Made by a program: the position numbers and the translations under genes. A stretch of 64,000 nucleotides of DNA from Candidatus Levybacteria bacterium GW2011_GWA1_37_16 (GTDB taxonomy: Bacteria; Patescibacteriota; Microgenomatia; Levybacterales; UBA12049). Shown here piece after piece: positions 18,909 through 28,234 of this stretch. The stretch spans positions 306 to 64,305 of the forward strand of contig CALRGR010000002.1 of assembly GCA_943357985.1 (NCBI GenBank). The letters are read 5' to 3'. Within the stretch, counting starts at the first letter, position 1, and every line of letters begins with the position of its first letter. A model generated the notes under the pieces. The model ran no database searches and was not told where the DNA came from. It saw only the letters and a list, made by a program, of their open reading frames with translations.

Positions 18909-19169
18909 TTTCTTTCTTCTTTTGTGTCGGCAAAACCATTTCTTGTACTTTCGTTCCGGCGAAAGTACGCAAAGCCTCTCGCCAAGTCTAGCCCCGTGCT
19001 TTCTAAATCTCACTCATTCACTAAAAACGACGGACTTCGCCTTGCCCGTTTTTAGGGCGTTCATTTCATTCAATTTCTCATGCACTACGCTTCGAGTTGG
19101 CGATTTATGGATTCAACTATACGCTAAACGCTATTTTCTATACGCTAGTTGCTGTGTTATACTTTTCCT

Positions 19170-20189
19170 ATGATTAGGGTTGCAATAAACGGTTATGGAA
19201 GAATAGGAAGAGTAGCGCATAGAGTAATTCTTGAGAAATACACCTCGGAAATTGAAGTTGTTGCAATTAATGCGGGTTCATCTTCAGATATTAAAGGATG
19301 GTTAAATCTTTTAAAATATGACTCGGTTTATGGAATGCTCAGTGGCCACTCTTTGGAGGCCAAAAATGATGCTTTTGTCATAGACGGAAAAGAAATAAAA
19401 ATTTTCTCAGAAAAAGAGCCGACAAAACTTCCGTGGCAGGCACTAGATATAGATGTAGTTATTGAATCAACAGGTAAATTTATAACAGAAGATAAATTGC
19501 AGGCGCATTTAACAGCAGGCGCTAAGAAAGTAATACTTGCTACGCCTGCCAAGGGCGGAAATGTTTCTACCTTTGTAATATCCGTTAACGATAAAGATTA
19601 TAAGGGCGAGAATTTAATAAACAATGCATCTTGTACTACAAATTGCATAGCTCCCGTTGCTAAAATAATGGCTTCTTCTTTTGGCGTAGAGAAGGCAATG
19701 ATGACAACAATTCACGCCTATACTTCCGACCAAAGACTTCAAGACGGAGGACACAAAGATCCAAGAAGGGCCCGAGCAGCAGCGTTTAATATAGTTCCCA
19801 CTTCAACAGGCGCAACAACTGCGGCAGGACAGGTAGTGCCTGAGCTTTCCGGCATTTTTTCAGGGCTTTCAATTAGGGTTCCAGTGCCGGTTGGCTCACT
19901 TTCCGACTTTACGTTTCTTCTTAAAAAAGACACAACTGTAGAGGAAATAAACTCTATCTTTAAAAAGGAAGCGGAAAAACCGGAATACAAAGGAATACTT
20001 GAGGTAACAGAGGAGCCTATTGTAAGCTCCGATATTATTGGAAATCCGCACTCTGCAATAATTGACTTGTCTCTTACCCAGGTAGTTGGCGGTAATATGG
20101 TAAAAGTAATTGCTTGGTATGACAATGAGTACGGCTATGCAAATAGGCTTGTTGAACAAGCTATAATGGTGGGGGGAAGTAACTTGTGA
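19170..20189 (+). CDS. gap: Glyceraldehyde-3-phosphate dehydrogenase, type I
   Basis: MIRVAINGYGRIGR...SCTTNC. The start is placed at the ATG at 19170 because an extended -10 (TGtTATACT) lies 6 nt upstream. Confidence 0.9.
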   Translation: MIRVAINGYGRIGRVAHRVILEKYTSEIEVVAINAGSSSDIKGWLNLLKYDSVYGMLSGHSLEAKNDAFVIDGKEIKIFSEKEPTKLPWQALDIDVVIESTGKFITEDKLQAHLTAGAKKVILATPAKGGNVSTFVISVNDKDYKGENLINNASCTTNCIAPVAKIMASSFGVEKAMMTTIHAYTSDQRLQDGGHKDPRRARAAAFNIVPTSTGATTAAGQVVPELSGIFSGLSIRVPVPVGSLSDFTFLLKKDTTVEEINSIFKKEAEKPEYKGILEVTEEPIVSSDIIGNPHSAIIDLSLTQVVGGNMVKVIAWYDNEYGYANRLVEQAIMVGGSNL

Positions 20190-20758
20190 AGACAGGTATT
20201 AGAAACATTACAATCTCCGGAAGAATCGGCAGCGGACAAACAACCTTGGCCAAGAAACTCGCGGAAAAACTAAACTGGAAAATTCTTGAAGGAGGAGAGT
20301 TGTTTGAAAAAATACACAAAGAACTTAACCTGACGGAGCTTGAGGTAAATCAAAGACCGGACAATTTTGACATTGAGTTTGAAGAGAAAATAAAGAAAAT
20401 GCTCCGTGAGGAAGAAAACCACATAATACAAAGCCATCTTGTAGGATTTGATGCGCAGGGAATTGACGGAGTTTTTAAGATTCTTCTTGTTGTTGAAGAT
20501 GATGACGGTAAGGATAAAATAGATATTAGAATTGATAGGCTTGTAAATAGCCGCGGATTTTCAATTGAGCAAGCAAAGGAAGAGGCAGTTTTAAGAGAGG
20601 CAAGAAATCTTGATAAATGGAGAAGATTGTATGTGAATAATGATTCTGGCTGGGTTAATTGGGATAAGAAATACTACGATTTAGTAATTAATACTTATTC
20701 CCACAACGCCGATCAATCCCTCAAAATCGCCCTTGAGGCGCTAGGAGTTAAAAATTAA
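20186..20758 (+). CDS. P-loop nucleotide/nucleoside kinase (cytidylate-kinase-like family)
   Basis: Walker A motif ISGRIGSGQTTLAKKL; ATGA overlap with gap. Confidence 0.4.
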   Translation: MKTGIRNITISGRIGSGQTTLAKKLAEKLNWKILEGGELFEKIHKELNLTELEVNQRPDNFDIEFEEKIKKMLREEENHIIQSHLVGFDAQGIDGVFKILLVVEDDDGKDKIDIRIDRLVNSRGFSIEQAKEEAVLREARNLDKWRRLYVNNDSGWVNWDKKYYDLVINTYSHNADQSLKIALEALGVKN

Positions 20759-21846
20759 TTTTCCCAATTGAAATTAGCTGAATTAAGCGATTTTGTAAAA
20801 CCATATGTAATTAATTCTCTGAGCAAAGGCTTTGAATTTGCTACTACCAAAAATGGAACTCTATCTGTGTTATAGCGGTCAGGGTTTTTTAAATAGAAAT
20901 CTACATCAAATTTATATTCTTCATATGATCCGTCCTCTGGGTTGACGCTAGCCACGATATATCCTGCGTCTCTCGCAAACGCTAGCCCCTGAACAAGCTC
21001 TGATATTGGCTCACCGAACATAATATATGCGCTGGCTGCTCCAGTTGCTATTTCCTCGCCATAAATATGCGAACCAGCTATTCCATGAAGCGGCATATCT
21101 TGATTTCTATCCCTGTCTACGGCATCAAAATTTGCCCGGAAAGGATGTGTGTATTTATATTTTCCGCCATAGCTAATAGGGACAAAAGTGGGATCTTTTA
21201 TACTCTCTACTTTTTTAGGGACAGGTAATTCTATGAGATATTTTTCATTTGGATTATATATGTAATTTTTGCCATTGCGATTTATCGTAATGTGACCTGT
21301 TAATAAGTTTGCTACGCCAGCTGCTATTGGATTACCATTTGTATCCATAAGTCCAAGCGCTAAATATGGAGGCGTATTTAAGCCTATTTGATGATCGAGA
21401 GAATCGTCAATAGGATCAAAGCTTCCTACGACTTGAGGAACATCTCCTATTTTTAAATGTTCATGTTCTGAAAAAACAAACAAACTAAGTCCATTTTGCT
21501 CAGCAGACCTGGTTATTATTTTGTATGCAAGCTTTTCTGCCTCTCCATCAATTACTATTTTTTTATCTTCATCCTCTCTGCCTAAAACCGTTCCCTGTAT
21601 TGCTCTTCCAAAACCTAAGTCTACTGCTTTACGAAGGGGTGGAGTAGAGCCAAACATTAAATCTAGAACAATTTCATTTGCTCTATCTTGAATTGATGAA
21701 TTAATTACATTTTCTGGTCTCGCCCAAACATCTGGACGAGGATATGGTCTTTTCCTTCGCCAACTTTCAATGGGCTCTGATGCTACGCGTAATGATTCAG
21801 TTTTTGCATTCATATTAGAATTTATAAAGCCAGCGGAATATATCAT
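20755..21846 (-). CDS. fbp: Fructose-1,6-bisphosphatase, class I-like (FIG superfamily)
   Basis: REDEDKKIVIDGE aligns with E. coli Fbp SEEEDEIVVFEG; FDPIDDSLDHQIG aligns with DPLDGSSNID. Confidence 0.55.
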   Translation of the reverse strand: MIYSAGFINSNMNAKTESLRVASEPIESWRRKRPYPRPDVWARPENVINSSIQDRANEIVLDLMFGSTPPLRKAVDLGFGRAIQGTVLGREDEDKKIVIDGEAEKLAYKIITRSAEQNGLSLFVFSEHEHLKIGDVPQVVGSFDPIDDSLDHQIGLNTPPYLALGLMDTNGNPIAAGVANLLTGHITINRNGKNYIYNPNEKYLIELPVPKKVESIKDPTFVPISYGGKYKYTHPFRANFDAVDRDRNQDMPLHGIAGSHIYGEEIATGAASAYIMFGEPISELVQGLAFARDAGYIVASVNPEDGSYEEYKFDVDFYLKNPDRYNTDRVPFLVVANSKPLLRELITYGFTKSLNSANFNWEN

Positions 21847-21973
21847 ACTCTATTGCCATTTTGCAAATACACATAAAATTTGCAAAAAAATTAATTTATG
21901 GTAACATAGGACTTGGAAAAATTGGGGAATTCCATATAGCCCAAAATTGTGTGGAATTTTGTTATAATTATAT

Positions 21974-23059
21974 ATGATACAAGAAGGAGAAATTTTTAGA
22001 AGACCTGTTAAAGATATGAAACCTTATAGCCCGCCTATTGAGGGAAGAAGCGCTCCGAATTTTCTTCGATTGGATTTTAATGAAAGAACTAGACCACCCC
22101 ACCATATAGTACAAGAGGCTGTAAGGGATTATGCTGCAAGAGGAGAATTTCAAATTTATCCTGAATATGGAGATTTAAATGAAGTAATAGCAAATTTTGC
22201 AGGAGTGACGTCAGAAGAGGTAATTCCAGCCGTTGGAGGAGATCAGGCAATAGATATTATAACTAGACTTTTAGTTAAAGACGGAGACGGTGTTATAATC
22301 CCTGCTCCAACTTTTGCGATGCTTGAGGAGTCATCTCATGTGCAAGGGGCAAATATTATTGCTCCTCGTTATAGTGGCCCTAACTTGAAGTTCCCTTTTG
22401 ATGAAGTAATGGAAGCGATTAAGCCTGGCGTGAAACTTGTTGTTGTATGTAACCCCAACAATCCTACCGGAACACCTGTTCCCAAGGAACAAGTAGAGGC
22501 GATAATCGAAAAAGCTGCTAAAGTTAGTGCCGGAGTTTTGGTGGATGAGGCATATAATGATTTTGCTCCAGAGCTTACCGTTGTTGGTGACATAGGTAAA
22601 TATTCTAATTTATTCATTGTAAGAAGTTTATCAAAAAACATGGGAATATCAGCTCTTAGAGCAGGTTATGTTATATCTCGTGCAGAAAACATTGCAGAGT
22701 TAAGGAAGATAAGAGGCCCTTATGATCTACCTACGGTAACTGCATTAGCGATAAAAACATTAAGAAATCCTGAAGTTGTCGCAGATATTGATGCTTATGT
22801 TTCGGAAGTAATGACTGATTCAAAACCAATGCTTGAAGATTTTTACCGAAGAAACAATATCAAGTTTTTCCCAAGCAGTGCCGGATTCCACCTATTAGAA
22901 GAACCACCAGGTTTTATTGACTTTCTCAGAGCAAGAAATATTCTAGTAAGAAGAAGGCCAGATCCTTTAGGAACTGTGCGAGTGAGCATAGGAACAAAAG
23001 AAGATACGCAAGCATACATAAAAGTGGTCGAAGAATTTTTAAGAGCACGTGATAAATAG
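21974..23059 (+). CDS. Class I/II PLP-dependent aminotransferase (HisC-like)
   Basis: LRLDFNE...CNPNNPTG...SLSKNMG pattern. Confidence 0.6.
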   Translation: MIQEGEIFRRPVKDMKPYSPPIEGRSAPNFLRLDFNERTRPPHHIVQEAVRDYAARGEFQIYPEYGDLNEVIANFAGVTSEEVIPAVGGDQAIDIITRLLVKDGDGVIIPAPTFAMLEESSHVQGANIIAPRYSGPNLKFPFDEVMEAIKPGVKLVVVCNPNNPTGTPVPKEQVEAIIEKAAKVSAGVLVDEAYNDFAPELTVVGDIGKYSNLFIVRSLSKNMGISALRAGYVISRAENIAELRKIRGPYDLPTVTALAIKTLRNPEVVADIDAYVSEVMTDSKPMLEDFYRRNNIKFFPSSAGFHLLEEPPGFIDFLRARNILVRRRPDPLGTVRVSIGTKEDTQAYIKVVEEFLRARDK

Positions 23060-23148
23060 AAAAGAATATACTTCTTCTATGAGTAAGGTACATTTCTCCT
23101 TGAATTTTTTATTTTTTAATGTTAAAGTAGTGCTGCTCTAAGGTTAAT

Positions 23149-24411
23149 ATGAAAGTTGCAGATGTAATGTCCGCCCACGTAGATTTTGTATCAAAAGATA
23201 CGAAGATAAAAGACGTAGTTCTTCTAATTTTTGGCCGTGGTATAAATGGAGTCCCCGTTTGCGAAAATAAAAAGGTAATAGGATTTATCACAGAAAAAGA
23301 TATACTTGCTAAATTCTATCCCTCGGAAAAAGAATATTTTGAAGATCCGTTCAGAGAAGGCAACTTTGAGTTAATGGAGGAAAAAACATCCGAAATTTTT
23401 TCCATGATTGCAGAAAAAGTAATGAGCACAAAAATCACGGCGGTGAAAGCTGATACTCAGCTACTTCATGCCCAGTCTCTTATGTTTGTTAATAAAGTAG
23501 GTCGACTTCCCGTTATTGACGATAAAGGTAACTTGATAGGAATAATTTCTAATGGCGACATTTTCAGTTCCTTAGTTGGAGATAGGCTAGCATTTAATGA
23601 GGATGCAGATTACAACGATTGGCTTTCAAAGTCATATTATGCGGCCGTAGACATAGAAGATAGATTAAAACACGAAATGCCTGATTTAATGAAAATTTTT
23701 TCTGAAAATAAGGTAAGAAATGTGATGGATATTGGATGTGGAACAGGGGACCATGTAATAGAATTTGCAAGAAGAGGGATTGTGTCTAATGGGACAGATA
23801 GAAGCTTGGATATGATTAAGGAAGCAGCTAAGAGAAAATTAAAATTATCAAAAGCTCAAATGCAAAATGCAGGTTTTTATTATGGAGAGGCAGAGCCAAT
23901 TCTAGCTAAGCTTAAAACAAATTTTGATGCAATAACTTTTCTAGGAAATACTCTTTCTCATAATCCAGGTACTTTTGAAAAACTTATCAAAATATCTTCT
24001 CAATACATGTCTAGTAGGGGAGTAATGGTTCTTCAAATTACTAATTTTGAAAAAGTAATAAAGACTAAGAAAAGATTTTTAAGTTTTGGTTTTGCAAAAT
24101 TGAAAAATGGAGTAGAGAAGGAATATGGGTTTTTGGAATTTTATGATGAGCCTAATTTGAAGGATAAAACAATTCAAAAAACTTTCGCAATTTTACGATC
24201 TGCTAATAATAGGTGGAAATGGTTGGGAGTCAGAAACAGTACCATGGCCTATGTTACTAAGGATAGCATAAAAAGAGTACTTGAAAAAAATGGATTTTCA
24301 AAAATTTCATTTTATGGAGGTTCTTTTGATGGAAGAAGCTGGGACTATCTATTTAGAAAACCCTTTAAGCCCTTGGAAAGTGACTGGTTAAACGTAGTTG
24401 CAAAGAGATAA
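23149..24411 (+). CDS. Fusion of a tandem CBS pair to a class I SAM-dependent methyltransferase
   Basis: Two CBS-like modules (aa 1-140), then VMDIGCGTGDHVIEFARRG (SAM-binding motif I). Confidence 0.55.
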   Translation: MKVADVMSAHVDFVSKDTKIKDVVLLIFGRGINGVPVCENKKVIGFITEKDILAKFYPSEKEYFEDPFREGNFELMEEKTSEIFSMIAEKVMSTKITAVKADTQLLHAQSLMFVNKVGRLPVIDDKGNLIGIISNGDIFSSLVGDRLAFNEDADYNDWLSKSYYAAVDIEDRLKHEMPDLMKIFSENKVRNVMDIGCGTGDHVIEFARRGIVSNGTDRSLDMIKEAAKRKLKLSKAQMQNAGFYYGEAEPILAKLKTNFDAITFLGNTLSHNPGTFEKLIKISSQYMSSRGVMVLQITNFEKVIKTKKRFLSFGFAKLKNGVEKEYGFLEFYDEPNLKDKTIQKTFAILRSANNRWKWLGVRNSTMAYVTKDSIKRVLEKNGFSKISFYGGSFDGRSWDYLFRKPFKPLESDWLNVVAKR

Positions 24412-24958
24412 GATCATGAAAAAGTTGGTATTAGCTTTAACTCTTTTTAGCTTCTTTTTAATTTCGACTTATTCTTTTGCTCAAGAGAATTCGAGTTCGG
24501 ATTCGGCTCAAACATCCGTTGATTACATACTTCCATATCCTGGTCTTTTACCGGATAGTCCATTTTATTTTCTGCGTGCAACTCGTGACCGCGTTATTTC
24601 ATTTTTAATTACAGAACCATTGAAAAAAGCAGAGTTTGATTTGCTCCAGGCGGACAAGATGCTTTCTGCGGGAATATATCTGGGAGATAAAAAGAAGTAT
24701 GAGTTGGCAGTAACAAGTATTTCAAAGGGAGAAAATTATTTTGAATCAGCTATTGCTCAAGCAGTTCAAGCAAGAAAAGAAGGCAAGCCGGTAGGAGATA
24801 TTGCGGCTCAACTTTATAATTCGGCAAGAAAACATCAGGAAGTTTTAAAAGAATTAGAAACTAAAACCAGTGGCAGTTTAAGGGCGAGTTTTGTTGAGGA
24901 AGAGAAGAGAGCTGCAGTTTTTGAAAAAAAAGCAAAGTTAATTCTTTCTCAGAAATAG
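24398..24958 (+). CDS. Secreted hypothetical protein (signal peptide; DUF5667-like YILPYPGLLPDSPFYFL motif)
   Basis: ORF track; the real start is probably MKKLVL at ~24416. Confidence 0.35.
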   Translation: MQRDKIMKKLVLALTLFSFFLISTYSFAQENSSSDSAQTSVDYILPYPGLLPDSPFYFLRATRDRVISFLITEPLKKAEFDLLQADKMLSAGIYLGDKKKYELAVTSISKGENYFESAIAQAVQARKEGKPVGDIAAQLYNSARKHQEVLKELETKTSGSLRASFVEEEKRAAVFEKKAKLILSQK

Positions 24959-25138
24959 GAATAAATTGCATAGATTGTACATAAAATATACTCTCCATTC
25001 TTTGATTTTTGGAAGTTAAGCCCGGTTATTTTTGCTTTTGAGGCTAGATTTTAAGGTTGACCATTTTTGATATAGAAATTTCTAGTTGACACCGCATATT
25101 TAGTGCAATAAGCTGTGTCTTAGCACTAGATAGCTATT

Positions 25139-25588
25139 ATGAAATGTCCCTACTGCGGAGGAAGTGAAACAGAAGTTGTTGAAACAAGAGACAGCGAGGA
25201 CTTAGAAACCATAAGAAGAAGACGGTCTTGTCTTAAATGTGATAAGAGATTTACAACGTACGAGAGAATAGAAAATGTACATTTAGTCGTAATAAAGAAA
25301 GACGGAAGAAGAGAGCAGTTTACTAGAGATAAATTAAAAGCAGGACTTGCAAATGCAGCGCAGAAAACAAAAGTATCTCTGGAAAAAATAGATAAGCTGG
25401 TAACGGAAGTAGAAAGAGAGTTGCGTGGAGGAGACAGCGTAGAAGTAGAAAGTAAGAAAATAGGGCAACTGGTTGCAAATAAGTTAAAAAAGATAGACAA
25501 AGTTGCTTACATAAGATTTTCTAGCGTTTTTAGAAGATTTGTAGATGTTGAAGATTTTGAAAAGGAATTAAAAAGACTTATTAAATGA
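25139..25588 (+). CDS. nrdR: Transcriptional repressor NrdR (Zn ribbon plus ATP-cone)
   Basis: MKCPYCGGSETEVVETRDSEDLETIRRRRSCLKCDKRFTTYERIE is diagnostic of NrdR. Confidence 0.9.
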   Translation: MKCPYCGGSETEVVETRDSEDLETIRRRRSCLKCDKRFTTYERIENVHLVVIKKDGRREQFTRDKLKAGLANAAQKTKVSLEKIDKLVTEVERELRGGDSVEVESKKIGQLVANKLKKIDKVAYIRFSSVFRRFVDVEDFEKELKRLIK

Positions 25589-28032
25589 CAAGTGGAAAAA
25601 TAAATATGAAACTAGACGGAATAAGAGAAAAAGTATTTTTAGACAGGTACGCCTTGAAAGGCAAAGACGGGGAGCTTTTGGAGCATGAACCCGAAGAAAT
25701 GTGGAAGAGAGTAGCAAGGGGAATCGCAAAGAAAGAGAAAAAAGAAGTCCGCAAGCAGTGGGAAGACAAATTCTACAGCATTATGGAGGACTTCAAATTT
25801 GTTCCAGGCGGAAGAATCCTCTCGGGTGCAGGAACAGATTATCAGGTAACTTACTTTAACTGTTTTGTAATTCCCTCACCTAAAGATTCAAGAGAAGGAA
25901 TTCTTGACTCTTTAAAGCAATTGGTTGAAATTCAATCCCGTTCAGGTGGAGTAGGACTTAATCTCTCATCGCTACGGCCAAATGGGGCAAGAGTTAAAAA
26001 GGTAAATGGAACTTCATCTGGTCCTGTAACTTGGGCAGGACTTTTCTCCTACGCAACGCATGATGTTGTGCAACAGGGCGGAACCCGAAGAGGAGCAACG
26101 ATGATCATGCTTTGGGATTGGCATCCGGATATTGAGGAATTCATAACAGTTAAGCAGGATTTATCAAAAATTAATGGAGCAAATCTTTCAGTTTGTGTTT
26201 CGGATGACTTTATGCAAGCTGTAAAAGATGATGCAGATTGGAATTTAGTCTACCCGGATTTAGACGACCCGCGCTACGATTCTAAATGGAATGGAAACTT
26301 GGATGAGTGGAAGAAGATGGGAGGAAAAGTAAAAGTTTACAAAACCATAAAAGCAAGACAACTCTGGGATTTAATTTGTGAGGCAGCTTGGAAGTCTGCA
26401 GAGCCAGGTCTTCATTTCTTAGAGCGAAGCAACAAAAGAAGCAATACTTGGTATTTTGAGAAATTGATTGCAACAAATCCTTGCGGGGAGCAGCCTCTTG
26501 GTGGATGGGCAGTCTGTAATCTTGGAGCAATGAATTTATCTGCTTATGTAAGGCCTGCCTCGCTTGACGGCGGTCAAGGCGGGGATGAAGTATTTGATTT
26601 TGAAAACTTTGGAAAAGATGTAAAAGTAGCCATGAGATTTATGGATAATGTCATTGATTCAACCTATTATTTCTTTCCGGAGAATGAAAAATGCGCAAAG
26701 GACATAAGAAGAACCGGACTTGGAATAATGGGAATAGCGGATGCGCTTATTAAAATGAAGATCCGTTACGGGAGCGAAGAATCACTTCCTATTATTAGAA
26801 AGATTTTTGAGACACTCAGAAATAATTCTTATGAGGCATCAACAGAAGTTGCATCGGAAAAAGGCTCTTTTCCTAAATTTAACAAAGAAAAGTACCTTAA
26901 GGGATATCACATAAAAGCATTGCCAAAGTCTTTGAGAGATAAAATTGCAAAAAATGGAATAAGAAACGCGGTTTTACTTACAATTGCTCCAACGGGAACA
27001 ACAAGTCTCTTGGCAGGGGTTTCCTCTGGAATTGAGCCGGTTTACGAATTCACTTTCATAAGAAGGGACAGAACAGGGGAACATATGATGTATCATCCAC
27101 TATTTGAGCAGTGGAAAGAAGCAAATCCTGGAGCAGAAAGACCGGAATATTTTGTTTCGGCAAATGACTTAACTCCTCTTGAGCATACGATAGTTCAGGC
27201 AGCAGCTCAAGAATATATTGATTCTTCTATTTCAAAAACAGTAAATGCTCCAAATTCTCACACAATTGATGATGTTAAAACTCTTTACATGTCGGCATAT
27301 GACTTAGGTCTTAAAGGAGTAACTTACATGAGGGACGGTTCAAGAGAAGGAGTATTATCCAGAGTTGGGGATGCTTCGGCAAGCTCAGCACAAGCTAAAA
27401 AAGAAGAAGTTGTACCAAAAAAAGTAGCCCAAAGTAGGCCAATGATTCTTGAAGGATACACTTATCAGCTTGAAACACCAGTTGGAAGAACCTACGTAAC
27501 AATCAATCATAATGAAAATAGAGAACCGCTTGAAGTCTTTATAACTATTGGAAAGTCTGGATCCGATGTTGAGGCAATGGCAAATGCGTTGGGACGTATG
27601 ATTTCGTTATCTCTTAGGCTTGAAAGTGATGTAGCCCCCCGCGAAAAGGTAAGAAAAATAGTTGCACAGCTTTCAGGAATTGGTGGAGCAAGAAGCGTTG
27701 GATTTGGAAAAGACAGAGTTAGATCACTTCCTGATGCTTTGGCCAAAGTTTTGGCAAATCATCACGGGTTTGCAGTAAACGGACACGTTGAAGACAAGCC
27801 GGGATTTGTTTTTAACGGACACCAAAACAATCAGCAAAAAGTAGAAGAGACACCGGTACTGGTTGAAAATGTTATAATTTCTCCTCTTCCAATGATTGAA
27901 CCCGTACATGAATCTTTTGCGGAGGCTTCTACAACAGGACTTTTTGATATTTGTCCTGAGTGTGGAAGTGGAACTTTTGCATACGAAGAAGGCTGCCGCA
28001 AATGTTATGGCTGCGGATACGCCGAATGCTAG
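25585..28032 (+). CDS. nrdJ: Adenosylcobalamin-dependent ribonucleotide reductase (class II, NrdJ) with a C-terminal Zn ribbon
   Basis: Class II RNR motifs (..NPCGEQPL.., ..TVNAP..) and a C-terminal CPECG...CYGCG motif; follows nrdR. Confidence 0.85.
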   Translation: MTSGKINMKLDGIREKVFLDRYALKGKDGELLEHEPEEMWKRVARGIAKKEKKEVRKQWEDKFYSIMEDFKFVPGGRILSGAGTDYQVTYFNCFVIPSPKDSREGILDSLKQLVEIQSRSGGVGLNLSSLRPNGARVKKVNGTSSGPVTWAGLFSYATHDVVQQGGTRRGATMIMLWDWHPDIEEFITVKQDLSKINGANLSVCVSDDFMQAVKDDADWNLVYPDLDDPRYDSKWNGNLDEWKKMGGKVKVYKTIKARQLWDLICEAAWKSAEPGLHFLERSNKRSNTWYFEKLIATNPCGEQPLGGWAVCNLGAMNLSAYVRPASLDGGQGGDEVFDFENFGKDVKVAMRFMDNVIDSTYYFFPENEKCAKDIRRTGLGIMGIADALIKMKIRYGSEESLPIIRKIFETLRNNSYEASTEVASEKGSFPKFNKEKYLKGYHIKALPKSLRDKIAKNGIRNAVLLTIAPTGTTSLLAGVSSGIEPVYEFTFIRRDRTGEHMMYHPLFEQWKEANPGAERPEYFVSANDLTPLEHTIVQAAAQEYIDSSISKTVNAPNSHTIDDVKTLYMSAYDLGLKGVTYMRDGSREGVLSRVGDASASSAQAKKEEVVPKKVAQSRPMILEGYTYQLETPVGRTYVTINHNENREPLEVFITIGKSGSDVEAMANALGRMISLSLRLESDVAPREKVRKIVAQLSGIGGARSVGFGKDRVRSLPDALAKVLANHHGFAVNGHVEDKPGFVFNGHQNNQQKVEETPVLVENVIISPLPMIEPVHESFAEASTTGLFDICPECGSGTFAYEEGCRKCYGCGYAEC

Positions 28033-28203
28033 GGCAGCGTATAGTAAATAGTGTCTAGCGAATAGTTCAAACATAATTAAAATTTAGTTTGGAGTTCCGA
28101 AGTCTGTGTAAGTCAGACACTGTGCCGCAACCGTAAAAGTCGGGTCGAAGGCTTCAAATCAAAATTCTGTCTCCTTCGAGCAAAGGAAATACTTGTGTAA
28201 CCT

Positions 28204-28232
28204 TCTCGATTGAGAAGGTTTTTTATTTAATA
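28204..28232 (+). terminator. Rho-independent terminator (CCTTCTC-gatt-GAGAAGG followed by a U-tract) downstream of nrdJ
   Basis: Perfect 7-bp stem, 4-nt loop, TTTTTTATTT tail. Confidence 0.75.
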
Positions 28233-28234
28233 TC

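Noticed and set aside
17610-19013. N-terminal extensions in the ORF track (glycerate kinase to 19013; gap from TTG 19149; murD from TTG 36783 inside the tRNA; trxA from 60591; dsbB to 60808; recombinase to 35657; GIY-YIG to 36365; zur from TTG 56570)
   Set aside because: In each case a conserved protein N-terminus begins at an internal ATG. That ATG is preceded by a -10 box or follows a tRNA or repeat. The extensions are low-complexity, repeat-derived, or would overlap RNA genes or promoters.
24959-25138. NrdR boxes upstream of nrdR
   Set aside because: Only approximate CAC-N3-ATAT-N3-GTG palindromes were found, with spacing one nucleotide off the published consensus. This is too weak to annotate as a feature.
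28040-28234. Cobalamin riboswitch upstream of the PduO adenosyltransferase
   Set aside because: No B12-box or conserved J-region could be identified by eye. The terminal hairpin is adequately explained as the nrdJ terminator. Kept only as a low-interest item to test with Rfam.
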